Below the pieces are notes generated by a model. The model searched no databases and was not told where the DNA came from. It saw only the letters and a list, made by a program, of their open reading frames with translations. Shown one piece after another: positions 12,401 through 24,994 of a stretch of DNA of 64,000 bases (position 1 is the stretch's first letter; each line of letters begins with the position of its first letter). This DNA comes from Phyllosticta citribraziliensis (Eukaryota). Location: the NCBI RefSeq assembly GCF_038025025.1, contig NW_027117341.1, positions 1,922,001 to 1,986,000 on the forward strand. Direction: 5' to 3'. A program made the translations under genes and the position numbers.

Positions 12401-14006
12401 GCTTGAACATGTTTGATGGGTTTTGTGGAGATGGCTGAAAAGTCACCCGCGAAGGTGATCCAGGAGAAGCTGCTCCGCTGCTGAACGGATCCTTGGCGAC
12501 CCCAAAGTTCCCAGAGCCACCAGTGGATTGCTGCTGAACAGGCGGAGAGGAAAAGGCATCCAGACCAAACAAGTCTTCCGAGGCAGACTTTTGAGCTTGA
12601 ATAGCGGGAGGTTGAGCAAAGGCTGCGGTACTATCGAAAGCGCTTGGCTGGGTGACCGCGGGTCTTGTCTGGCTACGCATGCTGGGGGGCACTAGATTCG
12701 GAGGAAGTGCGGACGGGAGAAATTGGACGCCAGGCTTTGGTCGCTGCTGGCGGATCAAGTGCATGGCGACGGCGAATTCGTCCCGGTTCAATCGGCCTTC
12801 TGAGTTGATATCGGCCAAGTCCCAGATTGCGGCGAGCACGTCTTCGGGCAAACCAGAGTCGCTAAAGAAGAGAACAGCCTGCTCTCCAGTGATGAATCCA
12901 GAGCCAGCGGCGTCGACCTTGGTGAATAGCTGGTCATATTGGGCCTTTTCTTGTGGTGTTATCACCCAGTCGTTTCCAGTCTGTTGTGCAGATTGAGGAG
13001 GAGTGGCAAACGGAGGCCTCACGGGCAGTGGACTTGCGCCGCGACTAGCACCACTAAACTGCCGTGGAATGGGTCCCGGAGCTCCGTATGGCCGCGAAGC
13101 AGGCGCGCGTCTTGCCGCCGCCTCGTACAATCCAGCGGGTAGGGATGACGGTAGGCCCTTCATCTGGCCGCTGCTGTAAGATGCTATCAAGTGCATTGCA
13201 ATAATGAATTCGGTGACGCCGAGAGCGCCGCGCTGCTCCGTGTCGGCCAACCCCCAAATGCGGCCGAGGGTCTCGTTTGGCAATCTCGCCTTTTCGAATA
13301 TCGTCTTGGCCATTTCTCCTGTTTGCAGTTAGCACTGCGACCCGTATGTAACCTCGAATATGTACCTGGCAAAAGGCCGTTTACAGCTCCAGACTTTTCG
13401 AACAACCCTGCATATTGTGCGGCCTTGTCTGGCGTCAGAGGAGGGACGCGGATGGGACCGCTCATCTGCGGCGTGATGGGAGACTGTGCGGGCGGTCCCG
13501 CGGGTGCTGGGGAATCAAATTTGGGCAGGGGGCCGGCTACGACGCGTCAGAATAACTCCCTAAACGTGGAGAAGACTCACGTCGAAAGGCCAGCTCGGGG
13601 CTGGGCTGTCTTCCTGCCTGGTAGTGTCCAATGAGACGAAGAACCTGGCAGAATCCCGACGAGGTCAAAAGGCCTCTGTTTTCCGTGTCTGCAATTTGCC
13701 ATATCTTGTCGTGGTCAGCTCCTGAACGTCATCCAAGCTCGGCTCCGAGGTAGTTCCCCGCTGGCTGCGTACCTCTCCCAGGACTGCCGGAGGGAGCTTC
13801 GTGCGCTCAAAGAACTTGACGGCCACCTCGCCAGTGACGACGCCCATCTGCTCGGCATCGGCTTGGCGGAAGAGCTCGCCGAAGACGCGCTTCTCGTCGG
13901 GCGTGAGGTTGAGCGGCGTGTCTGCAAGGCATCAGCATTGTGCAATGCGGCATTGGGCTTGCCGTGGCGACTCACTCAAATCCATGTTTGCAGAGGGGTC
14001 GGCCAT
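9455..14006 (-). CDS. EDE1: EH-domain/coiled-coil/UBA endocytic scaffold (Ede1/Eps15-like); introns 13922-13975, 13705-13772, 13537-13580, 13319-13365, 9491-9653
   Basis: Three EH domains (LGEIWQIAD, LGRIWGLAD..EFIIAMHLI, LAAIWDLAD..EFAVAMHLI), a central coiled coil and NPF/DPF motifs. The C-terminal UBA reads LTSMGYPRAEALAALEKYDYDINK|AVEFLSSKSRE*; the last exon is 9455-9490, so the ORF-track end at 9534 reads into an intron. Confidence 0.93.
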
Positions 14007-14664
14007 GGTGTTTCGCTAGCTAGGCTGTCTGGCGGTAGCCTGCGTAGGTAGGGTCGGAAGTGGGTGGTGACCTGACAGGGCAGCCGGAGGAGGTCGGGCG
14101 GGCCGGTCGAGGACCGTCAGGGTCAAGGGGGTCGGGGTCGAGACGGATGACGACGGCGAGCGGCGTGGGAAGGGCGGAAGCGAAGATGAAGAGAGGCAAC
14201 GCGCGCAAAGGGACGGCGGGGAGAGAGCGTGGTGGAAAGGGCAGGGTGGTTGATGGTCAGGTAGGTATGTAGGTAGAGCTGCTCCCAGCGTCGCGGGCCG
14301 GATGACTTCCTTGCCAGTGCACCGTTGCCAGGAAATTGTCTGGCCCCGCTCTCGCTTCAACGCACCTCCGCCTACGCCTCTTCGCTGTCCGGTCCTGTCC
14401 TGTCCACTCGGTGCATAGTCACGCTGTCAGACTGCTTGCGCCACCGGCTCGCGCACGTCAAAGGGCTCCTCTCCCGTCCTCCGCGCCTGTCACTCGATCA
14501 AACCGGCGCCCCAGCCCGGCCACTCCGAGTAGAGAAGAGCTGTATTGTGCCGTGATTGGAGTATCATCTCGCAGAGTGGATCCCGCCATGTATACTGTAC
14601 ATTGCGCCGTCTTTCCCAGCCTCCAAACGCCCGTAACTGTTTGTACAAGTCATCCTTAAACCGC

Positions 14665-15593
14665 CTAGGTTTGCCTCTGTGCAGACCTCCGATCATCAAA
14701 GTCGGTCCTGCAGTATCCCAGCGCCAGCCCCGACGGCTCCTTTTTGCCCCATGCCTTGCCCAGCAACCAATCCGTGACGCTGATAAACCGCGTCGTCTTA
14801 TCCCAGTCGCCATTCTCCTCGACGTGCTCGATCGTGTGGGTGACGATTCGCCCCTCCTCGTCAAACTCGAAAATGAAGAGACCTTGGAATTCTTCATCGT
14901 CCTTGCCAGCGCCTCCCAAGAAGTCGGCAATCTGCTCGATTCCTGAAACGCCGCGGAATATTGCGCCAACGCCTTTGCCCTTGGTCTTGCCGCACGTCTT
15001 CCACTTGACGATGAGCTTTTCGTGTTGATGTCTGGATGGTGCGCCGCTGCCGCCATTGCGCACCATGCGCTCAGACGTAATGTCGAGGCGTACATTGCCT
15101 AGAATGGGTACTCGACCCCAGGCGACGGGTGCGGTCCAGAGGGCGGCCATGTATGCTATGCGCCCACTGACGGTGGGCAGGTGTGGATGTGTCGATGGGA
15201 ACAGGTGGAGGGTGACTTGTGGCGAGATGATTTCTTGGGGCAGAGGATTTGCGAGGAGCGTTGGTAGACGTTCGTGGAGAATGCGGATTGCTAGCAGCTT
15301 GGGTCAACGTCGAGATTCGTCAAGAGGAAATTGTACTCACTCTTGCCTAGCTTGAGGGTCCGCTCGTCCGGCGGCTTACCATCCTCGCCCTTGTGTTCCA
15401 CAGGCAGCGGACTGGGGCCCGACGAGCTGAACCATTCGCCTGCCTCGATGCCATCAGGGCTGCGGACCTTTGCAAAGGTGCGAACGGTGTGGTGGACGGC
15501 GGCGGGAGCACAAGGCGAGAGTTTGGCGCGGAATGCGCGTGTGCGAAAAAGTCGCGCAGGAGGGGCAATCCACCGCATTATGCCGGTGGTCAT
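14665..15593 (-). CDS. Mitochondrial protein of the MMU163 (S. pombe mug163-like) family; intron 15291-15340
   Basis: Arg-rich presequence-like N-terminus; PPDERTLKLGK|TIRILHERLPTLLANPLPQEIISPQVTLHLFPSTHPHLPTVSGRIAY; FQGLFIFEFDEEGRIVTHTIEHVE. Confidence 0.75.
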
Positions 15594-15940
15594 CTGTGGT
15601 GATCGGTCATAGGACTGAAGAATGGTATAGGACGGTAGTGTAGGAGGTGAGGCTGTGGAGTGAGGGCGAGAATAATGGGGAACTTTCGGGCAGAGGCAGG
15701 GTTGCAGCCACAGCCGACCTCATAGTAACTTCCTTCCATTGGTGCACGAGCCCACTTTGGCTATCGATAAGGCCGTGATGACGTTTCTGTAAATTCATTC
15801 GCCGACTCTTTTTCTCCTCCCTCTCCTCCGCCTGCTCCCCCTCCGGTTTTCTCCTGCACCCCATCCCGTGGTATCCCTAAAGCGAAATCAAAAAGGCAAA
15901 TCGACATCGCAGGCACCCTCAGTCATCCACTCCCAACCCC

Positions 15941-16591
15941 TCACCCACTATTCGTGTTCCGGTCGTCCAGGCAGACGCATATCGCTACCATCAACGCCAT
16001 GTCCACGTTTGGCGCCACAAACAGCCAATATGCCTGCGAGTTGACGAGCAGGTCGCGTGCTCCAATTCTTCTGGTGATGTTTGCTACCGTCTGGCCGGTG
16101 GGCTCGTGTTTGATCTCTGCACCGGTCTGAGTCCACCTGCCCTTCATCGACAGCGTCTCTGATTTCCCACCAATCGAGACAAAGGTGCAAGTTGCCCTCT
16201 GACTTGCAACTGATGACCGAGTCAGTGTAATCAAGTCAGGGAGGCTCCCGCTGCACTTACAGCTCCAATTCCCGCGCACCTCGCAAATCCTGTTCCCCGA
16301 AGGATCTTCGAGATAATAGCTCGGCAGGCATTTCCAAAGGTGCTTGCGGATGGTGAACAAGTCTCTACCCTGCGCGTCTCTGACGTATTTTCGCGAGCTC
16401 ATTGACATGGCCTTGCCTTCAACTTGGAAAAGCTTCCGGCCGTCAAACGTCTTGACAACGGCATCGCTCCCTGACCAGGAGATGCTTTCTTTCATGTCCA
16501 GCTTCTCTTGCTGCTGCGCGATGAACTCGGGAAACAGGCCGAGCTGTGCCGAGTACTGCGAAAGTTGAGAAGAATCATCGTGAGTCGTCAT
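15941..16591 (-). CDS. LURP-one-related / Tubby C-terminal-like (DUF567) protein; probable in-frame intron 16210-16260
   Basis: LFQVEGKAMSMSSRKYVRDAQGRDLFTIRK and C-terminal YWLFVAPNVDMALMVAICVCLDD are typical of the family. GTAAGT..ACTGAC..CAG intron of 51 nt. Confidence 0.85.
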   Translation of the reverse strand: MTTHDDSSQLSQYSAQLGLFPEFIAQQQEKLDMKESISWSGSDAVVKTFDGRKLFQVEGKAMSMSSRKYVRDAQGRDLFTIRKHLWKCLPSYYLEDPSGNRICEVRGNWSCKCSGSLPDLITLTRSSVASQRATCTFVSIGGKSETLSMKGRWTQTGAEIKHEPTGQTVANITRRIGARDLLVNSQAYWLFVAPNVDMALMVAICVCLDDRNTNSG

Positions 16592-19162
16592 TTTGGGCCA
16601 AGTCTGCAGGTTGTAAGAGCAAGGTTGGTCTCTCAGCTGTCCTTTCGGCGAGTTGTGGTTTGAATAAGACACAAAGAAATAGCGCTGACCAGAACACAGC
16701 CATGCGGCCCCCAAAAATCGCCGTGGCCATCGTCAGAGGCTCAGCGCCGACTTGGCCATTTGGGGGCAGAAAGTCGACTCAGGATCAGCCACAGTGCCAC
16801 ATTCCATAATTGAACCGCCAAGGCATGAATTCGTATTGACAGTACCACCACTTTGGACTACCTACTTCAACATCACCATTTTCCAAAATGGGTCACCATG
16901 TTGAAGCTCCAGCCTATCGCTCAAAAGTCTTTCCACCAGGCCTCATCCTATCACCCACCGTATGCCAGGAGGTTTCAACGTCACCCTGACTACATGTGGA
17001 CAGCACTTCGAAGCATTCAACTGCTAGGACAAATGGCGAGGCCATCCGCAGTTTATTGCCAAGGCATGATCAGAGTCATGCCACAAGGCTGATGCTTTAC
17101 TTTGCGCACTATTACTCATCGCTATCTAGAGGTAACTGCAGCAGCAGCAATTCCATGCTGACTTTTACCATAACATCTCGTACATCATCAGCGGACAGAA
17201 ATGTTGCAACATGTTCCGGGTTGGAAACCTTACTTTCAACAAACAGCCCCCATCGTCATTACTATTTAATAGCTCTTCAGCCCTTCAGCTCTCCAAAAGC
17301 TTTCAACCGTCTAGGATTGTTGACATGGGGCATCCTCTCTTGGCAGGATCTACATGGCAATTGTGAAAGAACTGCATGCCGAGCACAAATTGTGCATGCA
17401 CTGAGTTTCTTTGGAGGAGAATGACGCATCTCCATGTCAACGCCCAATGCTAGCAACACGACGCCTCCCGCAGCGACTGACGTCGTTTTTCGATTAACCT
17501 TTTTCATTTTCACTAGTTCAGAAAAATCGACCACTTCTCTGCCACGTCAACAACAAAGAAACTCGGTCTTGCTCGAAGCCTCGATCATGTGGATCAAGCC
17601 TAACCAAATCGACACTCGTCCAACGGTGCATATTCAGGGCTTCGTCCTCCAGTCCCCGAGAACCACCCTGTGGCTTTTGCTGCTTCGGCCATATCCGAAA
17701 CGCAACCTTATTTCCCTGACGCGGTGCAGCGGGAGGCACAGGGCTGCTGGGCGAAGCTTTGGTCGCCCGAGATACTGAGTCTTTCCAAGATCGCCCTCTG
17801 TCATACTCCAAATATCCGGACTCAGTACAAGACTTTAGTCCGACGTTTTCACGACGATAGCGTCTGTCGTCCTTCTTAATCCGCCGCCAAAACCAGCGGC
17901 CAAGGACTGCCGCAGTGAAACCCGAAAAGCCGCACGGCTCTTAAATGTCCCGAAAGACGAAATAGGCAATGGGAGCGCCCGAACAGGCACGCGGGTCGGG
18001 CGCATGCCTGAGACACACTGCGTCTTGACGCAAGATCGCTTTCTGCGCACACTGAACCAACCTGGAACTCGGTCGCTTGCTGCGGGACGCCAAGAAGTCG
18101 AAATGGGCGTTTCGGAGCAAAAGGCCCCGTGGCCAGCACTCGCCAGTGTGTGTTGTTGTAGCTGTGACGCAGCTATCGTCTGGAAACTTGGGTTTCACCG
18201 GAGCCGGTCGATCTTGCGAGTCCTTCCGCGAGGTGCTTCGTCTCAATTTCGTTCTTTATTCTTCTCTTCATGAGGTGACGATCACAATCGGAAGGTACCA
18301 AAGTGTTCTGTGACTGCACGGTTTGGCCGGGCTGTTTGGTGCCTAGTCCCTGCGCGGATCGTGCCAGAGTTATTGTGGCGCCGCTCATAACAAACAGCGT
18401 CTGCGACAGAAAACATTGCAATGAGCCGAGCTCGAGGCCCCGCGCAGTGCCACTGCTTGCTTGGCCCTTTCAATTTCGCGACTGCTTTGGTGGGTAGACG
18501 ACGGTCAGAGGAATAGTTGCGGATCGAGATGGTCGTTTTGACCGTCGTATCGTTTGTACGATCGAAGACGAAGATTGCGGCTTGGGCAAACGGCCAAAGC
18601 CGTGTGCCATGAAGCGAGGTAAAGGACTCGAACCAGAGCAGTCTATGCCCATGCCACGGCAAACATGCTGCGACAGTTTGCGGCCGTATGCAGTGGGCAA
18701 GAACAAGATCCTCTGCCCGCGCTCAGCGCAGCGCAGCATTTTATGATTCTCTGCAACTGTGCAAGAGATTAAATCGAAGCTCGCATAATTACAGAGTCGA
18801 CATCCTGGAGCTGCGGACTGACTTTCGGCTTGCCGCGCGACGGAGCATAGGCAGACGGAGACCTTAAGCCGCGCGTTAGTCGACACCTAGTGACCTCTCA
18901 GGCCAAGATCCCGCATGCCGCCATGCTGTCCCAACAACAAGGAACAATGCCTTGGGCTGCGGGACGGCGATCTACCCAGACCTTGTCGCGTCTAGGGGGT
19001 TTAGTCATTACCTACCTCCGCTCTCTACACTTGCCGCTCTCCACCTTCAACCTCACTCTCTACATCACTTTCACTCTGTGCGACCAATGCCGGATTCCCA
19101 GCCCACGTCGTATGCGTCGTGGCCATAGTACTCATCTCTAATTCTCGCCCTCATGCTTCGGG

Positions 19163-20783
19163 ATGGGATATGACTCGGCCGTCAACATACCTACGTTGAT
19201 TGGAAGCGTTTTGTCTACTTTTGCGACGTTTACTGTTCTTGTGTCTTACTTGATTTTCTCGCAACAAAAGCGTTCTTTCCGCCATGCCCTTGTGTTCAAT
19301 CTTGCAGTTGCAGGTAAGTCGTCGACTCCTTGGTGTGGACAAGGCTAATCGTTGAGCAGAGTTTGTTAATTCGTTGAACAATTCCATTTCCGGATTGTTG
19401 ATTGTCGACCATCACCGAGATCTCGAAAAGGGCATGGCATGCGATGCGAACGGCTACATCGGCCATCTTACTGTGCAGGTGGGAGCATTTTAACCTTAAT
19501 TCGAGCCTTTCTGACGTCGACTCCAAGGCCGCGGACTTTTCGATTCTCGCCATCGCCTTGGTCACACTCTTCACCGTCATTCGAAAGACCTACCTCCCCG
19601 AGACATCCGTCATTAGCAAGGTGTTGATTTGCGCGTCTGTTTGGGTGGTCCCCTTGGTCACTAGTACGTGTCGCAACCCCCTTTGCCTCGCACCGTTTCA
19701 GACCCCCTGACATATGCTTCAGGTAGTACTGCCGTCAGTCTCGACGCCGTTCAGCCAATTGGCGGAAACTGGTGCTGGATTGCCAAACAGCGCATCGCCC
19801 TCCGGTATGCCCTCGGCGATGGATGGAGAGTGGCCATCATCTTTTCCACGTCCTTCATCTATCTTTACATTTACACCTACGTGCGGCGCCACTTCAAGGG
19901 TATCAAGCAACTCCAGGAAGTTATGTCAGACCCGGTTCCGCCTCAGGATTCTTCTCCTCGGCCAATGCCCTTTAGCCACCCGAACGATCCGCTGGAGCTC
20001 GAACTCGACCTCGCCAAGCCGTCTCGCGTCGAATACAGGACCGAAACCTGCTCTGCCATTCCCGAGGTCGACGAGTCGGTCGTCATCCCCAACAAAGACC
20101 GCTTCCTCACTGCGACCTCGATGCCCGACTTCCTCGCCGACGCCGCCTCGGACCGGACGTATCCAATGGGCGCAACGGCGGCCCTATCGGGGGACGATTT
20201 GGAGGCCGGCTCAATCAGCACGCTGCGGCCCAGCGGCAGCGGCAGCCCGCCGGACACGACGACGTCGCTGCACCGGCCGACAACCGACGACTCGACGCGG
20301 CCGCTGGCGTCGCCGTCGCTCGACATGACGTTCGAGTACGCGGGGATGCTGGCGCCGAGCTCGATCCGGCACAAGCCGTCGCAGTCACTGACACTGGCCG
20401 AGTCGATCGCGTCGTCGACGGCAGCAGCGCCGCCGCCCGCCGACGTCTACTCGCCGACGTCGATCCACGCGTACATGGCGACGCAGACGTCGCAGCGCAA
20501 CGCCGCCGTCGAGCGCGAGGTCCGCCGCATGCTGCTCCTCAACGCTTACCCCATCATGTACATTGTGCTGTGGATCCCGGGCATCACGTCGCGGCTCGCC
20601 GAGGCGGCGCTGGGGTACCGTGTGCGCTGGCTCGCCGTCGCGGCCGCTAGCACCCAGTACGTCGGCCTCGCCAACGCCGTGACGTACGGCTGGAACGAGC
20701 ACATGCGCAACGTCGTGCGGCGCGAGTGGCGCAGCGTGTGGGGAAAGGTCCGCAGCGGATTTGGGCGCGGCGGGAAGGGGTGA
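19163..20783 (+). CDS. 7-TM G-protein-coupled receptor, Git3/Gpr1- or cAMP-receptor-like; introns 19314-19359, 19479-19527, 19664-19722
   Basis: SFRHALVFNLAVA|EF, CDANGYIGHLTVQ|AADFSILAIA, GNWCWI, a long Ser/Pro-rich third intracellular loop, MLLLNAYPIMYIVLWIPG and VGLANAVTYGWNE. Confidence 0.88.
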
Positions 20784-23267
20784 GAGAGTGAGTGAGAAAG
20801 TGAGCTAGCAGCTCCAAACGCGGCGGCGGGTCAACTGCGTCTCGTGGCGTGGACCACGCACGCACGCATGCAGGCCGAGGATGCCGGTCATCCTACGCTA
20901 CCCGGACCGCTCGCTCTTCACTCACACCAAAAAGGCAGACAGCCGCGCTACATCTTGCCAAGTGAACGCGGACCACTGCCGATGACGAAGACATGACGAC
21001 CTCGCAGCGCTGGGACGACGTGAGGACTGCCCGCAGGCAGCCGGGCAGGCAGGCAGCATCCTGCAGACGGCGACGACGCAAAACACTACCGTCAGCCGGA
21101 CGACTTCCATGACGACGAGGGCGGCGCACAAACGGCGTTTTGACATTCGTATTCGGATTTGCTGGAGGGACGGACGGGACACATGGAATGAGCGATGAAG
21201 CCTCGATTGGTGGACGGACGGACGGACGGATGGATGGACGGAGGTTGCATATATACCCCTCGCCGGCTGTCATTGCTTTCACATCTCTTTTTTTCCCCAT
21301 TTGCGTTTGCGACGGAGGAGGTGGTGGTGGTGCTGGGGAGAACAAGGCTTCGTCCTTGGGTTGTCGGCTTTACTTTGTTTCGCATTCATGGCGCTATCCG
21401 TGGAAGGATGGATTGGTGGAAGGGGATCAAGGGGTGGTCGTGGGGAGGGGACTTTGGTGGGGGTTGTTCAGGGGGTTATATGTGGTGTGTATTTGTATGA
21501 CTACGTAGTGAGCTAGACGGTCCAAACAAGCTTAACTTTGCCGTGTTATTCTTTTGTGGATGCTTTCGCTCTCTGATCGTCATTTACAACGCCATCACAT
21601 GACAGACTGCAATACCTGTAGCAGAAGCCACAATAAGGTGTAATCACTCTCCTGCCAACGCCCATGCATCATCCTCTCCCTCCCCCTCTACATCACGACA
21701 AACCAGAACTTCTCAACGTACTTCGACACACACTCCTAGCAACGCGCCTCCCCATCAGCAAATCATGCCCTCCCTCAAGCCCTCTCCCAAGATCTCTACT
21801 CCCCCTCCTCTCATTTCATGCTCTTGACCCCACATTCCGCTCCGCTACGCTCCTCTCCGCTGCTCTCCGCGTATCGACGGAGCCTGGAGACTGAATTCCA
21901 CGCCTCGCTTGTATGTCTACCATACAGTGGGAGGCCTTCACACAGCCACACTAATCATCAGCTATATCGAAAGGCTGCTCGTCATGTCGTACCTCCGTGG
22001 ATCGACGGACTGAGTGACTGCGTTGTTCGATTCGCGCTGGTTGGTTAGTTATGTAGGCAGTAAGCCAGTCAGGCGGTTTAGTAGTGGGCGAAATGTAGTC
22101 ATGTGTGTGTCGCTGCTGGCGTCTCCTCTTTCCTCCCCTCACCTCCCCTCTCCACAATCCTATCCATCGTCAGTCACCCATCAATCATCAACCATCCATC
22201 TCCAGACCCATCTCTAACCCACTTATAGCCCCACCCCCCAACTTCCAAGCCCCCCACCCCCGCCACACCCGCTCCCAAGCCTCGCGCAACCCGGCACTTC
22301 CCCGCCGCGGCGACCGCTGTACCCTGTCGTTGCTAAATCTAATCTGCCCCTCTGCCCGTCTGGCTGTTAGTCAGCGCGCTCGTCTCATCTCATCTCATCT
22401 GATTTGACTTAAGCTGGCTTGCGTGGTTACGTAGGTAGGTGTTCGTGTTGTCGTGTTGTGCGGCGCCAGCGGCGGGCCAAGGGGGGCTATGCTACTGTTG
22501 CTACGATGTGTTGTGGTATCTTGTGTCGGCGGAGGTGTTATGCTGCGATGGATGGATGAGTCAATGGGCGGGCTAAAAACCAATTCGGCAAAAGAATCCA
22601 CAGCGGACAGCGGGTAGGGCGACTGGAAAGTGTCTGTCTTTACCCATAGGAGGTGGACGCGGACGCGGACGCGGGTCGAGTAAATGCGGACGGCCGACGG
22701 GTGGAAAGATACGACAATGTCGATGGCTGGCGTCCATCAACATCGCAGGCGAAAGAGGATGGATTAGAAGTGGATATCTCCACGGGCGGGCAAGAGGCGC
22801 AACCGAACGGAAGTGAGTCTCTCTGACGGCCCGTCTGCGCTCCATGTGCTTAGATTGTTGTATGTATTGCGCCCAAAGAACTGCATGCTCCAAAGCGTCC
22901 ACCTCCCACTCCAGTGTATGAAATCTTTTATACCGCCTGTGGAAAGCATTCCTCCCAGAGATGAATATCGAATTCTCTTTTTTTTTGAAGTGCCGAGGTG
23001 TGGAAAGACCTGCGAAAGAAAGACGGAACGCGCCAGGAACGAGCCGTCCGGCGTGCCGACCAAGCGCGGATACCCCTGCTGCGAGATCCGCCGCCGTAAG
23101 CGTCGGCCTAACCTTAATCTCGTGAATGACATTCCCGCTCCGTACCCTAAATCCTATTGCTAGCGCTGCTGATGATGTGCCTGCCCCTGCTCTGCCCGCC
23201 AATCAATGCGATGACAGGTGCGGCTCCGCTGAGCGGGGCGGGTGTGAGCATAAGCTGGGATGCCAGT

Positions 23268-24589
23268 CTACGAGGACGCAAACTCCTGCAAGAACTGAGC
23301 CAGCTTTTGAGCCGCCTCGAGGGAAACGGCGTTGTCTGAGGAGCAGGGTCAGCTTGGTCCCTGCATTTGCCGTTCAGATGTTAGAGGATGTACTCACAGT
23401 TGCTGGCCCTCATGCCGCCAACGCTGCGGTGGCCCTTCAAGCCCGTGAGGCCCCTCTTCTCGGCTGCCGCCAAAAACTCCTTCTCGCGCGCGTCGTCGCC
23501 GCCGTGCACGCGGAAGCAAATGTTCATCCGGCTGCGCGCAGCCTTGTCTGGGACTACGCGGTACACGGACGGATGCGCGTCCAGCACGCCGTACAGCAGC
23601 TCCGCCTTTTGGTTGGCGACACTCTCCTGGCCAGCAATCTTTTGTGCGCCAAACGTGTCCAGCAGCGATTGCATGACCTGGCCTGCGACCCAGACGTCGA
23701 AGATGGGCAGGGTATTGTAGAGCGAGTTGTTCTTGGCAATCGTCGGCCAGTCAAAGACAATGGGACCAACGGGGAGGCTGAGCTGCTGGAGGAGGGTCGG
23801 GGCAGCCATGGGGGTCAGGAGAGACTTTTTGACGATAAGGATGGTGATTCCCGCGTTGCCGACGTTCTTCTGGGCGCCACCAAAGATGACGCCGTACTTG
23901 CGCACATCAACGGCGCGCGAGATAAAGTTGGACGACATGTCGGCAACGACTGGAGTATCATCGTCGGCACCCTCAAGAACAGAGGGGAATGCCGGGAACT
24001 CGACGCCATCGACCGTCTCGTTGTCGCAAAAGTAGGTAAAGGCTGGGCGCGTCGAGCGAGTCCATTCGGCCTCGGACGGAATCTTGCCAAACTTGCCCTC
24101 ATTGGCCTTGCGCGCGTCGACGGCGACATTGACGTGCTCCTTGCCAATCAGCCGTGCTGCCTCTTGCGACGCCTTGAGCGACCACGAGCCTGTGACGAGG
24201 TAGTCCAGCTTCAGTTCGTCGCGGACCTCGTTCTTCAGCCTCTCCAGCACCTCGGAGCCCTTGCCCTCGCCCAGCTCCGCCACGGCACGCTGCCTCCGCC
24301 TCTCGACCCAGCGGGCCACCAGGTTGTAGACGACGGCGCTGAACTCGCCACTGCCGCCGCCCTGCAGGAACAGAATCTCATAGTCTTCGGGAATGTCGTA
24401 CAGCTGGGCCAGAGAAGCCTTGGCGTCGGACAGAATCTTGGTTGCGGCAGCAGAGCGGTGCGAGATTTCGCAAATTCCAATGCCCTGGTTGTCGTAGTTG
24501 AGCAAGACGGAGGCGGCGCGCTCGAGGACGGAGGTGGGCAGCGGGGCGGGGCCGGCGCCAAAATAGTGGATTTCTGAGCGGGAGGGCAT
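23268..24589 (-). CDS. SER1: Phosphoserine aminotransferase; intron 23336-23397
   Basis: HYFGAGPAPLP, EISHRS, FLQGGGSGEF, YFCDNETVDGVEF, ADMSSNF, GGAQKNVG (PLP lysine), SLYNTLP, LKGHRSVGGMRASN|YNAVS. Confidence 0.97.
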
Positions 24590-24725
24590 TGTGAGTACGG
24601 CGAGCAGGTTCCTGGCGTCTTGGAGTGGTTCAAGGAGAGAATGAGACGTGGTGTTGAAAAGAAGAGGGCGGGGAAGTGGAGTGACGACAGCGACGAGTCA
24701 GAGAGGGACAAATTTCGGCCGGTGG

Positions 24726-24733
24726 TGAGTCAT
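24726..24733. promoter_or_regulatory. Gcn4/CpcA (cross-pathway control) element TGAGTCAT in the SER1-LYS4 divergent promoter
   Basis: Perfect TGA(C/G)TCA(T) in a ~400 bp intergenic region between two amino-acid biosynthesis genes. Confidence 0.65.
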
Positions 24734-24994
24734 TGGAGGGTTGCCGACTTCGGGCGGCTCGCGGACAATCCATGGCGTTTGCGGACAATGCAATGAAGAG
24801 CATTCAAAGTCTGTTGGTCGTCAGACATGACCGAGTCGCGTCGAGGTTCGTTTTTGGAGTCTCCATGGTTGCGACAACCTCGTGAAGCTTTGCGCCAGTC
24901 AAGCGGCGCGGATTGCTAAGCGAAAATCCGGGGAAGCCAAAAAGTTCCAAGCCAGGCCGTCTCCTCCGCTCCACTCCCGCAGACAACACCAACA

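Noticed and set aside
16800..19100. Lower-GC interval with many short ORFs, possibly a pseudogene or transposon relic
   Set aside because: No recognisable transposase, RT or other motifs, and no terminal repeats seen.
23126..24577. 483-aa + strand ORF
   Set aside because: Antisense shadow of SER1 caused by GC-rich codon usage; no recognisable motifs.
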